From: Promethearchaeota archaeon | GTDB taxonomy: Archaea; Asgardarchaeota; Lokiarchaeia; Sigyniarchaeales; SOKP01 | Length of the DNA stretch: 64,000 nucleotides | Assembly (NCBI GenBank): GCA_016839555.1 | Contig: JAEOUA010000008.1 | Location: forward strand, 224,001 to 288,000 | Reading direction: 5' to 3' | Shown here: positions 39,549-50,613 of the stretch, piece after piece | Layout of the letters: every line of letters begins with the position of its first letter | How positions within the stretch are numbered: the stretch's first letter is position 1 | Position numbers and translations under genes: made by a program | The notes under the pieces: generated by a model | Told to the model about the DNA's origin: nothing | Seen by the model: the letters and a program-made list of their open reading frames with translations, nothing else | The model's database searches: none

Positions 39549-41261
39549 TTAGAATATCCACACAAGTAATAAGATAATGCCGACGATGAATAATAGAACT
39601 GCCCAAATATAGCTCAATTGTTTACGATAATTCTTAAAAATTCTTCCTGATGCCGTCTCAATTATTTTCACTTGAAAGTAGGGAATTGGTCCTCTTCTAA
39701 ACCAACCTTTAATTCTGACCCATTGTCCTACCATCCGGTCTGCACGACGGATTGCCCAGATGAGGTCAGCAATACCTAATCCGAAGCGATAATCGATATA
39801 AAGCAGTCCTGTTTCATCTTTAAAGTATAAATCATCACTAAGATAATACCCTGGAGCTCCCTTTCCTATAATTTGTCCCTCAATAACAGCTGGAATACAT
39901 CTGACTGGAGAAACTTTCACGTTGGTTATAAGATTTAATACTGTTCTAGGTTCAAAGCCACTTCTGTAAGCAAATTGAATCTTAATGATATAGCCAAAAG
40001 CCATTAGATAGAAAGCAATAGCCCAAAGAAATAAGAGTTGGCTAGATGTAATATCCGAGATAAGCGGTAGGGAATAGAAGTCAAGATAACTGAATAGCCA
40101 TATTATAGTGAATACTCCAAAGCCCAGAAATATAAATAACGGTAAATATTTAAACAAAACATCTGTAAGAAATTCTCCTATCATTGATTTTCCTGCTTGT
40201 TCTTCCTTAATTTTACGTGCATTAGAGAAATCAATTTCTGGCTCAATATTATATTGCTCACATTGCTCATTTAAGCGTTGGATTCTTCTGGCTGGTAATG
40301 GATGAGAACTTCTAAGTTGATAAAATCGAGCCCAAGGATTATATAAATCCCAGGCAGCAGCGCCCTCAATAGTCTCTCTTGAATAGATCCCTTTAGCGGT
40401 CATGCTTTGCATTGCTAATGATCTTGCCATATTAGGATCGAATATTCCTAAACCCTTCACACCACGTACTTTTGATTTATTTCTTTCTTTGATGGTAACA
40501 CCTTGGTCCGATAATAAACCATATGCAATTTTAACAAGTCCCGTTGAGAGTGCATTCGGATTCTCCAGAACTTCAGCCGAATGTTCATCCGCGTAATATT
40601 CTCGAACTCTGCTTACGAAGAGAGAAATTAAAAAACCCACATAATAGAATATGAAGGATAAAATCGCAATAGCAATCATAGCTAATCTCCAATATGCTTG
40701 TTCTTCGCCTCTTCTACCTCCTGAGAATATGCTCGCATAATATGCCCATCGTGCAATTGTTAAAAATACCATTGGAATTGCGAAGACCAAGGTCATTAGA
40801 ATGAAATCTTGATGCACTACATGTCCCAATTCATGTGCTAACACTGCTTGTTGTTCTTTTTCATTCAAAAATTCGAGAATGCCATCGGTTAGAATGACCC
40901 TTGCGCTATTTTTCGTGTGACCGAAAGTAAAGGCATTAGGATTGCCATCATGGATTATTCCAAGCCGAGGCATATCGATATTATTAATACCGACGACTTT
41001 ATCAAGGACTTCTGTCAAATGAGGATACCTCATCTTATATTGTTCATAAGGAATCCAATCAATTCTGTATACCATTTGAAGAATATACGGAGATATGGCG
41101 TATTGTATCAATATCATTCCAAGAGAGAAGCCCACCATAATAACCAGAGAGATCCAATTGAAAGGCAAAAACCAAATTGTGATAGCGAACACTATAGCAT
41201 ATATAAGTCCAAAGAGAAATGTCAGTGCTAATATGGACACCATACTTAGTTTTAAATTCAT
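39549..41261 (-). CDS. M48/HtpX zinc metalloprotease, long form with a C-terminal extension
   Basis: PNAFTFG, AHELGH, SRVREYYAD, SHP. Confidence 0.88.
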   Translation of the reverse strand: MNLKLSMVSILALTFLFGLIYAIVFAITIWFLPFNWISLVIMVGFSLGMILIQYAISPYILQMVYRIDWIPYEQYKMRYPHLTEVLDKVVGINNIDMPRLGIIHDGNPNAFTFGHTKNSARVILTDGILEFLNEKEQQAVLAHELGHVVHQDFILMTLVFAIPMVFLTIARWAYYASIFSGGRRGEEQAYWRLAMIAIAILSFIFYYVGFLISLFVSRVREYYADEHSAEVLENPNALSTGLVKIAYGLLSDQGVTIKERNKSKVRGVKGLGIFDPNMARSLAMQSMTAKGIYSRETIEGAAAWDLYNPWARFYQLRSSHPLPARRIQRLNEQCEQYNIEPEIDFSNARKIKEEQAGKSMIGEFLTDVLFKYLPLFIFLGFGVFTIIWLFSYLDFYSLPLISDITSSQLLFLWAIAFYLMAFGYIIKIQFAYRSGFEPRTVLNLITNVKVSPVRCIPAVIEGQIIGKGAPGYYLSDDLYFKDETGLLYIDYRFGLGIADLIWAIRRADRMVGQWVRIKGWFRRGPIPYFQVKIIETASGRIFKNYRKQLSYIWAVLLFIVGIILLLVWIF

Positions 41262-41594
41262 TTATATCACTTTTTTTAAAATTTTATAGTTTTATTAATT
41301 AATTGATTTCATTACCTTAAATATTAATATATAATAATAAATTTTATTCTTTTTATTAAAAATAAATAAACATAAAAGCTTTTTCTATCGATATCCTCAT
41401 AATTTTAGATATATAGATATATAGAGCTTTTAATAACTAATTAAAAGAGGATTTTTAAAAGGATTATTGTCCATTTTAGGATTTAATAGAATATGCTTAT
41501 AAGAAATAAATAAAAAGATATTGATTTGGGAAGTGTGGCTAACTTTTAAGGAAAAAATATTATCTAATTTTTTATTTTATCCCTTCCAAATCAT

Positions 41595-42047
41595 TTAATT
41601 CTTCAATTTTTTTATGATTTCAAATAACTGGTCATTTTCAGGAATATCTTTCATTGACTCTCCATAATATGCATATCTAACTATATTTTCGGTATCAAGT
41701 ATTAATAATGCCGGCATTCTTCCCAATTTTAGCAATTTCCATTCTTGGTTTAACATTTTTGTAACTTTTTTATTTGAATCATAAAAAATTGGATATTTTC
41801 TCGCATATTTTTTTTCCATTTTAATCGCGTTATCTTTCTTATCTACTAAAATAGGATAAAGCTCAGTATTTAATTCTTGAAATTTTTCATATTCTCTCCG
41901 TAAATGAGCAGCATGCCAGCGACAATATGGTCAATGGATATCTCTAAATAGAATTACCACCACATTTTTTCCTTGCAAATCTCTTATATTTACAGTTTTT
42001 CTACGACTATTGGGTAGAGAAAATTTTTGTATTTTCTTGTCCACCAT
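41595..42047 (-). CDS. Selenocysteine-containing peroxiredoxin-like (AhpC/TSA) protein with a UxxC motif
   Basis: ATG 42047 gives MVDKKIQKFSLPNSRRKTVNIRDLQGKNVVVILFRDIH[TGA 41931-41933]PYCRWHAAHLRREYEKF..., continuing in frame into the 41595-41819 ORF (MPALLILD...VRYAYYG). About 150 aa. Confidence 0.85.
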
Positions 42048-42274
42048 TTGGAATTTATCTTTAATTGAAAAACACCATGTTAAAAGTATGTATATGCTAC
42101 TTATTCTTATCTTAAATAAATGATATTTAAATCTTCTTTTAATAATTCAAATAAAAATTTATATATATAGCGAATTAAACTTAGAGAGTTAGATTGATTT
42201 ATTTTTTATAAGCTTAAATGTTTTATTCCTATAATACTTACATTTTCCACAAGATAATGTAAATTATATATGAG

Positions 42275-42675
42275 TTGATGTTTATTCCAAAAGAACCTAG
42301 AAATGTAGGTATAGAAAACGGGAAATTTTATCCGTGCCCAGAAAAGCATGTATGCGTCTCCACCCAAGCTCCTAATGATGATGAAAAACATTATATAAAG
42401 CCCATAGAATATTCTATTTCTCTTGAAGAAGCAAAAAAGAAAATTATAGATATCATTAATTCGATATCGCGTACGGAAATTTTAGAAGAGAGAAGTAATT
42501 ACGTTCATGCTATGTTCACCACATTTCTATTTAGATTTAAAGATGATGTAGAATTTTATTTTGATGAAGACACAAATTGATACACTTTCGTTCTCAATCA
42601 AGAATAGGGGGTTATGATTAGGGTACAAACCGAAATAGAATGGAAAAAATCAGAAAGAAATTTGAAAAAAAATAA
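42275..42675 (+). pseudogene. DUF1499 family pseudogene
   Basis: CPEKHVCVS and FRFKDDVEF; then a frameshift near 42577 into LIHFRSQSRIGGYD*GTNRNRMEKIR with an internal TAG. Confidence 0.75.
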
Positions 42676-42798
42676 TAGTATTTCCTTATAGAATTGCATA
42701 TCCTCTATTTTACTTTTATAATATTTATTACTTAGTTTTAAAATATAGCAATTAATTTCTTTTTAGATCTCTTTTTATCTATTAATAAATACTCGCTG

Positions 42799-43665
42799 GT
42801 GCTGATAATTTTAATCTCCGAATTTCATAGACTTTTTAAAAATGAAGGTTTAACAGAAAATATTATCCAGAAATTTCAAGAGATAATTTATGATTATTAT
42901 CATCATGCTGGTCGTGAATTTCCCTTTCGAAAAAAAATTACACCTTATTATGTGGTGGTATCTGAAATAATGCTTCAGCAAACACAAACCAGCAGAGTAT
43001 CTCAGAAATTTTTAGAATTTATTGAGCAATTTCCTGATTTCGAAACATTAGCAAACGCAACTCTTGAAAATATATTAAAAGTATGGAAAGGTTTGGGGTA
43101 TAATCGAAGAGCAAAGGCATTACAACAAATAGCAAAGAAAATTTTGGATGAATATGAGGGAATATTACCCGATTCAGTTGAAAAACTAAAAAAATTTCCT
43201 CAAATTGGGCATAATACGGCGTCTTCTATTGTTGCATTTGCCTTCAATAAACCAACATATTTTATTGAAACTAATATTAGGAGAGTGTATATATATTATT
43301 TTTTTCCTGGAAGAAATGATGTGGATGATAAAGAAATAATGATTCTATTAAAAAAAATAATGGATTTTAATAATCCTCGAGAATGGTATTATGCCTTAAT
43401 GGATTATGGAGTTATGCTCAAAAAAACTTATCCCGAACTAAATAAACGATCAAAGCATTATAGAAAGCAAAAATCATTTAAAGGGTCCACTAGACAGCTG
43501 CGTGGAAAAATTCTAAGTTTATTAGTTAAAAATTCTAAGCTAAAAGAGGAAGAGTTAATAAATACTTTGAAATTCTCACCGAAAAAAATTAAGGAAATAG
43601 TAAAACAACTTGAAAAAGAAGGATTTTTAAAAATTAAGCAAAAAGAAATATCTATTGCTAAATAA
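42799..43665 (+). CDS. MutY-like HhH-GPD adenine glycosylase lacking the Fe-S cysteines, with a C-terminal wHTH
   Basis: VSEIMLQQTQ, WKGLGYNRRA, PQIGHNTA, IETNIRR, ALMDYG. Confidence 0.85.
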   Translation: MLIILISEFHRLFKNEGLTENIIQKFQEIIYDYYHHAGREFPFRKKITPYYVVVSEIMLQQTQTSRVSQKFLEFIEQFPDFETLANATLENILKVWKGLGYNRRAKALQQIAKKILDEYEGILPDSVEKLKKFPQIGHNTASSIVAFAFNKPTYFIETNIRRVYIYYFFPGRNDVDDKEIMILLKKIMDFNNPREWYYALMDYGVMLKKTYPELNKRSKHYRKQKSFKGSTRQLRGKILSLLVKNSKLKEEELINTLKFSPKKIKEIVKQLEKEGFLKIKQKEISIAK

Positions 43666-44001
43666 GTCTCTTAATAATTGAGACTATTACTTAATAAGTC
43701 AGAAATTTTTTTTCCAATCTTTTTTGTTTTTTCCGTTTCTAATGCTGCGGCAATTGCATTCATATTACAAATAGTCTCCTTTTGATAATAAGAAATGAAA
43801 GCGACACTTTTTAACACAAATCTTACCCTTTTTTTCTTATTTTATATTTTCGCTTTATATAGAATAGTAATTAATTAAAATAAACTAAAAAAGAGCAAAA
43901 AAGATTTTCATTATAAAAATTAAAAATATTTATTAATAGAAGTTGTTATGTCTATATAAACCATTTATTAATTATTAAAAATTATACTTTTCGATTTAAA
44001 A

Positions 44002-44460
44002 ATGTTTAATTGGTTTATTGCTGAGGGTGTTGAGGAAGTAGGTATCAGCTTTTTAGATTTCTACTCAGTAGGGCATATATGTATGGGAATAGGTATTTAT
44101 CTATTATTTTCCCTATTTTATACTATTCCAATGGGTAAAGAAGAGGGTTCAAGCCAAATTTTATTGCCGCTATGGGCTGTATGGGTGATAACGGTTATCA
44201 TTGGAATTATCTGGGAAATTATAGAAAATTTCTTATTCTTTGGGTTAGATATAAAATTTGAAGGGAGATTAGACAGTCCTGCAAATATAATTTCTGATAT
44301 TCTTTGTGTTGCTTTAGGAGGAGGAGGCATGTGGTTATTTGCACATTTAATCTTCAAATATCATAAGAAAGTATGGCCCTATTATATACTGGGATTGTTA
44401 GGTTTGGGATCTTGGATTATTGTGTTTCTTATTTTAAGAGCGACTACATTAATTCTTTAA
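44002..44460 (+). CDS. Membrane protein
   Basis: Four TM segments; SVGH, WEIIEN and NIISD motifs. Confidence 0.65.
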   Translation: MFNWFIAEGVEEVGISFLDFYSVGHICMGIGIYLLFSLFYTIPMGKEEGSSQILLPLWAVWVITVIIGIIWEIIENFLFFGLDIKFEGRLDSPANIISDILCVALGGGGMWLFAHLIFKYHKKVWPYYILGLLGLGSWIIVFLILRATTLIL

Positions 44461-44484
44461 TTTCTTTTTTATTTATTTAATGAA

Positions 44485-45243
44485 ATGAGATCATTTAAAA
44501 AATATATTAAATTTCAGAAAGGAAACATCCCCTTAATAATTTCAATTCCTCACGGAGGTACCATTAAGCTTAGAGATATTCCAAAAAGAAGGAATGGGGT
44601 AATAGGGATTGATAAAGCAACTATCGAACTTGGAAAAGATATAATAACCAATATAGAAGAAAAAATTCAAAATTCAAAAATATTATCTTCAAAATGTTAT
44701 TTCATCATCTCTAAAATCCATAGAAGTAGAATCGATATTAATAGAAGTCCAGAAAAAGCTTATAACCAGAATTCTAAGCTTGCCCGAAAACTTTATTATT
44801 TATATCATAAGAAGTTAAAAAAGTACATCTCGCATTCAATTAAACACAACGGATATACAATTTTAATAGATATTCATGGATTCGAATCTTATAAGAGGCC
44901 TGAAGGATTTAGAGATGTTGATTTGATTTTGGGAACAAATAATTTAAATTCTCTTTTTCCTCATTCCATAGCCAAAAGAGATTGGAATAAAAATATCCGT
45001 GGAAAAATAATAGAAAGATTTTTAAAGTTGGATATCCCTATTGCCCCAGGACGACCAAGAAGAGAAGAATATGTTCTGAAAGGAGGGTATATTACCAAAC
45101 ACTATGGAGCATCTCAAATAAAACACAGTAAGGCTATACAAATTGAATTTTCTGAAAGAATAAGAATTTGGGATAAACATATGCGGAATCAGGTAATTAA
45201 TGCTTTAACTGAAGTGCTTTATAAAGAGATTTTTCATAATTAA
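44485..45243 (+). CDS. N-formylglutamate amidohydrolase-like protein
   Basis: SIPHGG, IDINR, YH, IDIHG, GGYIT, IQIE. Confidence 0.75.
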   Translation: MRSFKKYIKFQKGNIPLIISIPHGGTIKLRDIPKRRNGVIGIDKATIELGKDIITNIEEKIQNSKILSSKCYFIISKIHRSRIDINRSPEKAYNQNSKLARKLYYLYHKKLKKYISHSIKHNGYTILIDIHGFESYKRPEGFRDVDLILGTNNLNSLFPHSIAKRDWNKNIRGKIIERFLKLDIPIAPGRPRREEYVLKGGYITKHYGASQIKHSKAIQIEFSERIRIWDKHMRNQVINALTEVLYKEIFHN

Positions 45244-45361
45244 ATATATTAATTTATCATCTTTGAGAATCAGTATTAAATCCATATAACTCCTTTATAA
45301 TAACATTTATTTCGTGAAGATAAAATGAATTATTAATTCTACATTAAAAAAATTTTAGAAT

Positions 45362-46132
45362 ATGGTTTTCTATAGAAATTTTTTTAACTTTTTTGTGATT
45401 TTTTACTTTAGGATGGAAAACTCGATTGGTTTCTGCTTTGATCTTGATGGGACGTTAATAAATACAACCGAAATAGGAGATAAGATTGAGAAAGAGATTT
45501 ATAAAAAATTTAATTTAAAAATTGATGATAAGACAGAGAGAGAAATTGAAGAACTTACTTATGAGATCTTGCAAAGAGAAAATCGTAATAATTTGGGACT
45601 TAAGTTAATGTGGGAAATTTTTAAAAAGTTGGACCTTAACTTTTTTCAGCGGATTAAAGCACTATTAATCTCATCAAAAATATTTAAAGAAGAGCTTAAA
45701 AAGATAAAGTTATTTGATGGTGTTAAGGAAGTTTTCAGGTTTTTAGATGAAAAAGGTATTCCGTATTCAATAGCTACAACATCTTCCCAGAAAGAAGTTG
45801 ATGATCGTCTCTCTAAGTTTCCAGATCTTTATGCTAAATTACAAGAGAAGATCATTACAAGGACGAATGTCCAACACTTAAAACCAGATCCTGAAAGTAT
45901 TATTAAAGCTTCAAAAATTATGAAGCTTCCACTAAATAGAGTCATTATGGTGGGAGATATGCACCATGACATTATGATGGGTAAAAAAGCAGGTACTTTA
46001 ACTATTGCAGTATTAACTGGAATCTTTTCTAAAGCGGAAATCCTTAAGTATGAGCCGGATTTTATAATTGATTCCGTAGCTAAAATCCCTAAAATTCTTC
46101 CCGAAATTATTCATAAATTAAGTTTTAATTAA
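45362..46132 (+). CDS. HAD-family phosphatase (start probably ATG 45413)
   Basis: FDLDGTL, ATT, KPDP, VGD...D. Confidence 0.88.
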   Translation: MVFYRNFFNFFVIFYFRMENSIGFCFDLDGTLINTTEIGDKIEKEIYKKFNLKIDDKTEREIEELTYEILQRENRNNLGLKLMWEIFKKLDLNFFQRIKALLISSKIFKEELKKIKLFDGVKEVFRFLDEKGIPYSIATTSSQKEVDDRLSKFPDLYAKLQEKIITRTNVQHLKPDPESIIKASKIMKLPLNRVIMVGDMHHDIMMGKKAGTLTIAVLTGIFSKAEILKYEPDFIIDSVAKIPKILPEIIHKLSFN

Positions 46133-46277
46133 TAAATTTTTATAAACATCAGACCAATTTTTGATTTTAATATATAATAATCAAACTTTCATAATGAAAA
46201 ATATAAATATTTAATTAAAAACCTATATCATTATTAGATAGGAAAAAAAATTTTTCGATTAAATATCAATCCTAAAT

Positions 46278-46619
46278 ATGACAGACCCAATAGATTTAAA
46301 AGATCTAGAATCATTTATTGACGGATTAAAATATTCTTTTGATAGCCTTGAAAGATTAGAATCAAATGGTTCAAAAGGAATGCAAGCAAAATTAGCGAAA
46401 GCTATATCTCAATTAAGAGAAAAAAAATTAGATAAAATCCTACCAATTCCTAAATTTCTTGGGGTAGTTACTAAAGAAGATTGGAAAATTTTTTTCCTTG
46501 ACCAATTAAAATATTTAACCGATTTATTAGAATCAAGCCAATATCCTGAAAGTCAAAAATTTAAGCTGGTATTGAAGATCACTAAATTAAGGGAAAAAAT
46601 TAATAAATTTTATCGGTAG
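46278..46619 (+). CDS. Hypothetical protein
   Basis: 113-aa ORF. Confidence 0.55.
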   Translation: MTDPIDLKDLESFIDGLKYSFDSLERLESNGSKGMQAKLAKAISQLREKKLDKILPIPKFLGVVTKEDWKIFFLDQLKYLTDLLESSQYPESQKFKLVLKITKLREKINKFYR

Positions 46620-46721
46620 AAAAAAATACACACTAATTTAAAACATATCATTTTAAAAAAGTAAATCTATTAGCATTTTAATTCCAACTTTATTTTTATA
46701 CCAAAATTAGAAAATTATACT

Positions 46722-47477
46722 ATGTTAATCGACATTCATTGCCATCTAAATTTGTATTTAAATCTTGAAGAAATATTAGAGGAGGCAAAAAAGAAAGGCA
46801 TTGAGAAAATTATTGCTGTATCAATGAGTGAATTGAGTCTAAAAAGAATAATAGAAATCTCTAAAAAGTTTTCCATGGTATATCCTGCATTAGGGATTCA
46901 TCCCGAAGAAGTAAAAATGAATAAATCAATTGAAAAAAACTTAGATTCCATAATTAGATATATTAACTCAAATAAGGATTTTATATGTGCGATTGGAGAA
47001 ATCGGACTTGATCATCATTTTGTAAAGGATAAAACGCTCTATCCTCTCCAAGAAAAGATTTTTAAAAAGATGCTTTCTTTAGCTCAAGAATTACAATTAC
47101 CAGTTAATCTTCACACGAAAGGAGCGGAAAAAGAAACATTTGAGATTTTACCTTCCTATGATATTCCAAATATAAATATCCATTGGTATTCTGGTCCAGA
47201 TGAATATCTTCGGTTAGGCAGTGAAAGAGGCTATTTTTTTTCCATTACACCCGCACTCATGTATTCTCCCGCGGTTAAAAAAGTTGTAGAAGAAATTAAC
47301 ATAGATCAATTATTATTGGAAAGTGATGGACCTGTAAAATTTTCTGGCCAAGTAGGAGTTCCAGCGATGATAAAAGATGTTTTAATTAAAATCTCACAAT
47401 TAAAAAATATGGATAGAAATGATTTGGAATTCCAAATCAAAGAAAATACTAAAAAAATATTTCCAAAAATCTTCTAA
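46722..47477 (+). CDS. tatD: TatD family DNase
   Basis: DIHCHL, GIHP, IGEIGLD, LH, HWYSG, ESDGP. Confidence 0.9.
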   Translation: MLIDIHCHLNLYLNLEEILEEAKKKGIEKIIAVSMSELSLKRIIEISKKFSMVYPALGIHPEEVKMNKSIEKNLDSIIRYINSNKDFICAIGEIGLDHHFVKDKTLYPLQEKIFKKMLSLAQELQLPVNLHTKGAEKETFEILPSYDIPNINIHWYSGPDEYLRLGSERGYFFSITPALMYSPAVKKVVEEINIDQLLLESDGPVKFSGQVGVPAMIKDVLIKISQLKNMDRNDLEFQIKENTKKIFPKIF

Positions 47478-47498
47478 TTCAAGAAAAAATAAGTTTTT

Positions 47499-48581
47499 TT
47501 AAACAGGCATTAATTCTTCTATCTGTTTTGGTAATTCTCCTTTATTTTTCATCCTTGTCAGGATATCTTCTACCTCTCTAAAAGTATTTCCGTAAATATG
47601 TAATGAATTACTGAAATCTACATATGAGCCCATCTCAATACCAAGTGCATCAGCTACCATTTTTTGAATCCTAATCATTCCATTCACATTAGGTTCAAAT
47701 GCCCTGAGCAAATCTCGGCTCCTCCATGTAGTTTGCATTATTAATTGATTATTTTTGACTCTCATCCAGATTCTCTGCAAACATGGAGGATCTTCATGAA
47801 AAGGGTCTATGTAAGGACGCCATGTAATTGCTTGGGCTCTTCTGCTATAAGGTTTATCCTTTAATTTATTAATAATGTAATTCATTTGCTCCATTTTAGG
47901 AAAGTGTAATGCTCCTAATGGTATTTTAGTAATTCCAAGCTGTTCTGAAATATTTTTATCTAAGTCTAATTCTACTCCATTCTCTAATTGCCAAATCGTG
48001 GAATCATCCGTTTCCTTGATTTTGCCAGCCTTTTTTAGTTTTTGATGTTCTCTGACGAAATCTTTATCCACCAGTTCAACATTATAAGTTTTATGGATTG
48101 TATCTTCAATAGAATATGGTACATAATTAAAAATGCGATCATGGTAAGAGTAGGGAAAACTTACTCCAGACTCCCACAAGAAATGATCATTAATGCCTTC
48201 TAGAATTTCTTCGATATATCCGCTCTGAATTGATCCCATTAAATAAGTATCAGCTAAGCATCCATAAATTTCATAAGAGTTCCCAAATTTAGAAGTAATA
48301 TTGATCACTCTTCCTTTTCTTTCTATGGGTTTACTCATTGGATTTTTAATTTCAATTAGGACAGTTGCATCTTTTGATGGAGGATCTTCTGGTTTATCAT
48401 ATTCTGTTTTTATATTATCTCCTTTGTAAAAAACTTGTCCTATAGCACTTAGCCAGGCATCCTTTACGTTGTTCTCAGAGATAAAAAAAACTTTTGCCAT
48501 TAAACAAACTCCTATTATTTTGTTAGAATAAAATTTTAAAAAAACTAATAATTTATTTGTTAAAATATTAATAAATACCAT
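47499..48581 (-). CDS. Archaeal-type thymidylate synthase (ThyA-like); start probably ATG 48500
   Basis: SRRAQAITW, DPPCLQ, WRSRD, N, SLHIY. Confidence 0.8.
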   Translation of the reverse strand: MVFINILTNKLLVFLKFYSNKIIGVCLMAKVFFISENNVKDAWLSAIGQVFYKGDNIKTEYDKPEDPPSKDATVLIEIKNPMSKPIERKGRVINITSKFGNSYEIYGCLADTYLMGSIQSGYIEEILEGINDHFLWESGVSFPYSYHDRIFNYVPYSIEDTIHKTYNVELVDKDFVREHQKLKKAGKIKETDDSTIWQLENGVELDLDKNISEQLGITKIPLGALHFPKMEQMNYIINKLKDKPYSRRAQAITWRPYIDPFHEDPPCLQRIWMRVKNNQLIMQTTWRSRDLLRAFEPNVNGMIRIQKMVADALGIEMGSYVDFSNSLHIYGNTFREVEDILTRMKNKGELPKQIEELMPV

Positions 48582-48719
48582 TAATTAAACGAAATTTCGA
48601 TAAAAAAAATATTGTTTCAAATAATTTTAAAATCAAACTGAGAAAGATTATTATAAACTAAGAAAAATAAGAAAAATTTTTTCTCATTTATAGAGAGCTT
48701 AATTATCATTATAAAATTT

Positions 48720-48935
48720 TCAATGTTTATCCTTTGTCCAAATTACAAATTGTATTCTTGTTAAAATTAAAATTCCAGCAAGAAAAATCCCGATTCCTAT
48801 ATAAAGCAAAACCAAATAATCCTCGGGAGTAAAAATAAATATTACTAACCAAATTACTAGTAAAATAATTCCAATAAATAATATTAAAATTGAAATATTT
48901 CGTAGTCTTTTATCCATAATATTAATTATTTCCAT
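48720..48935 (-). CDS. Small two-TM membrane protein
   Basis: Two hydrophobic helices. Confidence 0.5.
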   Translation of the reverse strand: MEIINIMDKRLRNISILILFIGIILLVIWLVIFIFTPEDYLVLLYIGIGIFLAGILILTRIQFVIWTKDKH

Positions 48936-49084
48936 TTTTCAACACATTTGGATAACAATTTTTAGGTTATAACAAAATATCATTTCACACATAAGTGTAT
49001 TTAAATTTTTTTAAATTAATAAAATTTACAATGATTTTTTAAAAAATATATCTTAAATATAATATTGTTGGAAATAGATAAACA

Positions 49085-49693
49085 TTGAAAAAAATTATAT
49101 TAGCTTCAAAATCTATTGATAGGAAAGAAATTTTTCAACAAGCACAAATTCCTTTTATAGCTATTAGTTCTGAGATAGATGAAACTTATTATAAAAAAAA
49201 GATTAAGGATCCACTCAGATTAGTTCAAACTTTAGCAAAAAAAAAAGCATTGGATATAAAAAAAAAGAAAGCTAAGCATTTTAAAGACGCAATCATAATT
49301 GCTGCTGATACCATTGTTGAATATAAAGGAGAAATAATTGGAAAAGCTAATAATGAACAAGAAGCTTTTAAAATCCTTAAAAAACTAATGGGAAAAACCC
49401 ATGATCTTATTACAGGATTAGCCATTACACAGATGGGAAGTAGACAGTTAGTTTTAGATTATGATATCACAAAAGTAGAATTTCTGCCTCTTTCTGATAA
49501 TGATATTTGGGATTATATTAATTCAAGAGAATGGAAAGGAAGGGCAGGTGCCTATTCTATTAGAGAGCGGGCTGGATTATTTATAAAATCAATTCATGGC
49601 TCATATTCAAATGTTCTTGGCCTTCCGATGCAAAAAGTATTTCAAATTCTTAAAGAAACATTTAATTTAAATCTACTAGATTATATTATCTAA
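49085..49693 (+). CDS. maf: Maf nucleoside triphosphate pyrophosphatase
   Basis: ILASKS..R, ADTIV, IGK, RAGAY, G.YSNVLGLP. Confidence 0.9.
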   Translation: MKKIILASKSIDRKEIFQQAQIPFIAISSEIDETYYKKKIKDPLRLVQTLAKKKALDIKKKKAKHFKDAIIIAADTIVEYKGEIIGKANNEQEAFKILKKLMGKTHDLITGLAITQMGSRQLVLDYDITKVEFLPLSDNDIWDYINSREWKGRAGAYSIRERAGLFIKSIHGSYSNVLGLPMQKVFQILKETFNLNLLDYII

Positions 49694-49809
49694 TTTAGTG
49701 AGTTTTAATTTAATTTTCTAGTATCAATATTTTAAAACATTAAAATTCATAGATATCTTATTAAATTGTATAATCCCAATTAAAAAAAAAAGAATTTAAT
49801 AAAAAGGAT

Positions 49810-50607
49810 ATGTTATTTAAAACCAGAGATGGTATCTCTCTTCATGGGAGATTGGCAGGATGCGGTAGGGATTTAGTGATTTATGCGCCAGGAGCAGGAA
49901 GCAATATAATAGATGCAGAAAAATGGTGTGAGCCTTTAGAAGATATTTACGGATATTCTACCTTTTCATATGATTTACGAGGTTTTGGGTCTAGTAAGGG
50001 TTTCAAATTTGATTTTAAAAACCAACTTGATGATATAATGGATGTAATTGATGCCGCTATTGCTAAAATGGAGAAAAGGGGAGAAAAACCTAAAAAGGTA
50101 ATTCTAATTGGGCATAGTCTAGGAGCCTTAGCATGTTTAAATGTAGGAGTAAAACATCCAAAAGTTGACACAGTTTTTGCAATATCTGCTTTTTATTCAA
50201 TTGAGGATTATTTAGCAGATGAAGAGAAGATAAATACTGATAATTCTCTTTATTCAATTGGAAAAAAAATTATAAATATATTAAAAAAAACATTAACTCC
50301 TCCCTGGTGGTTTAAGAAATTTATAAGTCTCATGTCTGAAGTATCTGAAGATAAAACCCATTTCATGCCTAAATATCATTTAACAGAAGAACTTATGAAA
50401 AAAGTATTTCTCATTCATGGTTTAAATGATGAATACATCCCTTATGAAAAAAGTGGAAAAAAAATAATTGAGAAATTTAATCTTAATAAAGATAGATATT
50501 TATTGGTAGATACAGGACATACATTTGAAGGGAAAATAGAAGAGGTTTTAAAATGGATACATTCTAAAATTTCAAATAAAAGAGCATTCAATTTACATAT
50601 TTTTTGA
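49810..50607 (+). CDS. Alpha/beta hydrolase
   Basis: DLRGFGSS, GHSLG, HGLND, GH. Confidence 0.85.
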   Translation: MLFKTRDGISLHGRLAGCGRDLVIYAPGAGSNIIDAEKWCEPLEDIYGYSTFSYDLRGFGSSKGFKFDFKNQLDDIMDVIDAAIAKMEKRGEKPKKVILIGHSLGALACLNVGVKHPKVDTVFAISAFYSIEDYLADEEKINTDNSLYSIGKKIINILKKTLTPPWWFKKFISLMSEVSEDKTHFMPKYHLTEELMKKVFLIHGLNDEYIPYEKSGKKIIEKFNLNKDRYLLVDTGHTFEGKIEEVLKWIHSKISNKRAFNLHIF

Positions 50608-50613
50608 AGAAAA

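Noticed and set aside
41360-41400. Second AUGA-starting segment as a eukaryote-type SECIS
   Set aside because: The stem is weak and lacks the closing GA needed for the kink-turn.
43671-43763. 30-aa minus-strand ORF (MNAIAAALETEK...) with an upstream AAGGAG
   Set aside because: Too short to support without homology evidence.
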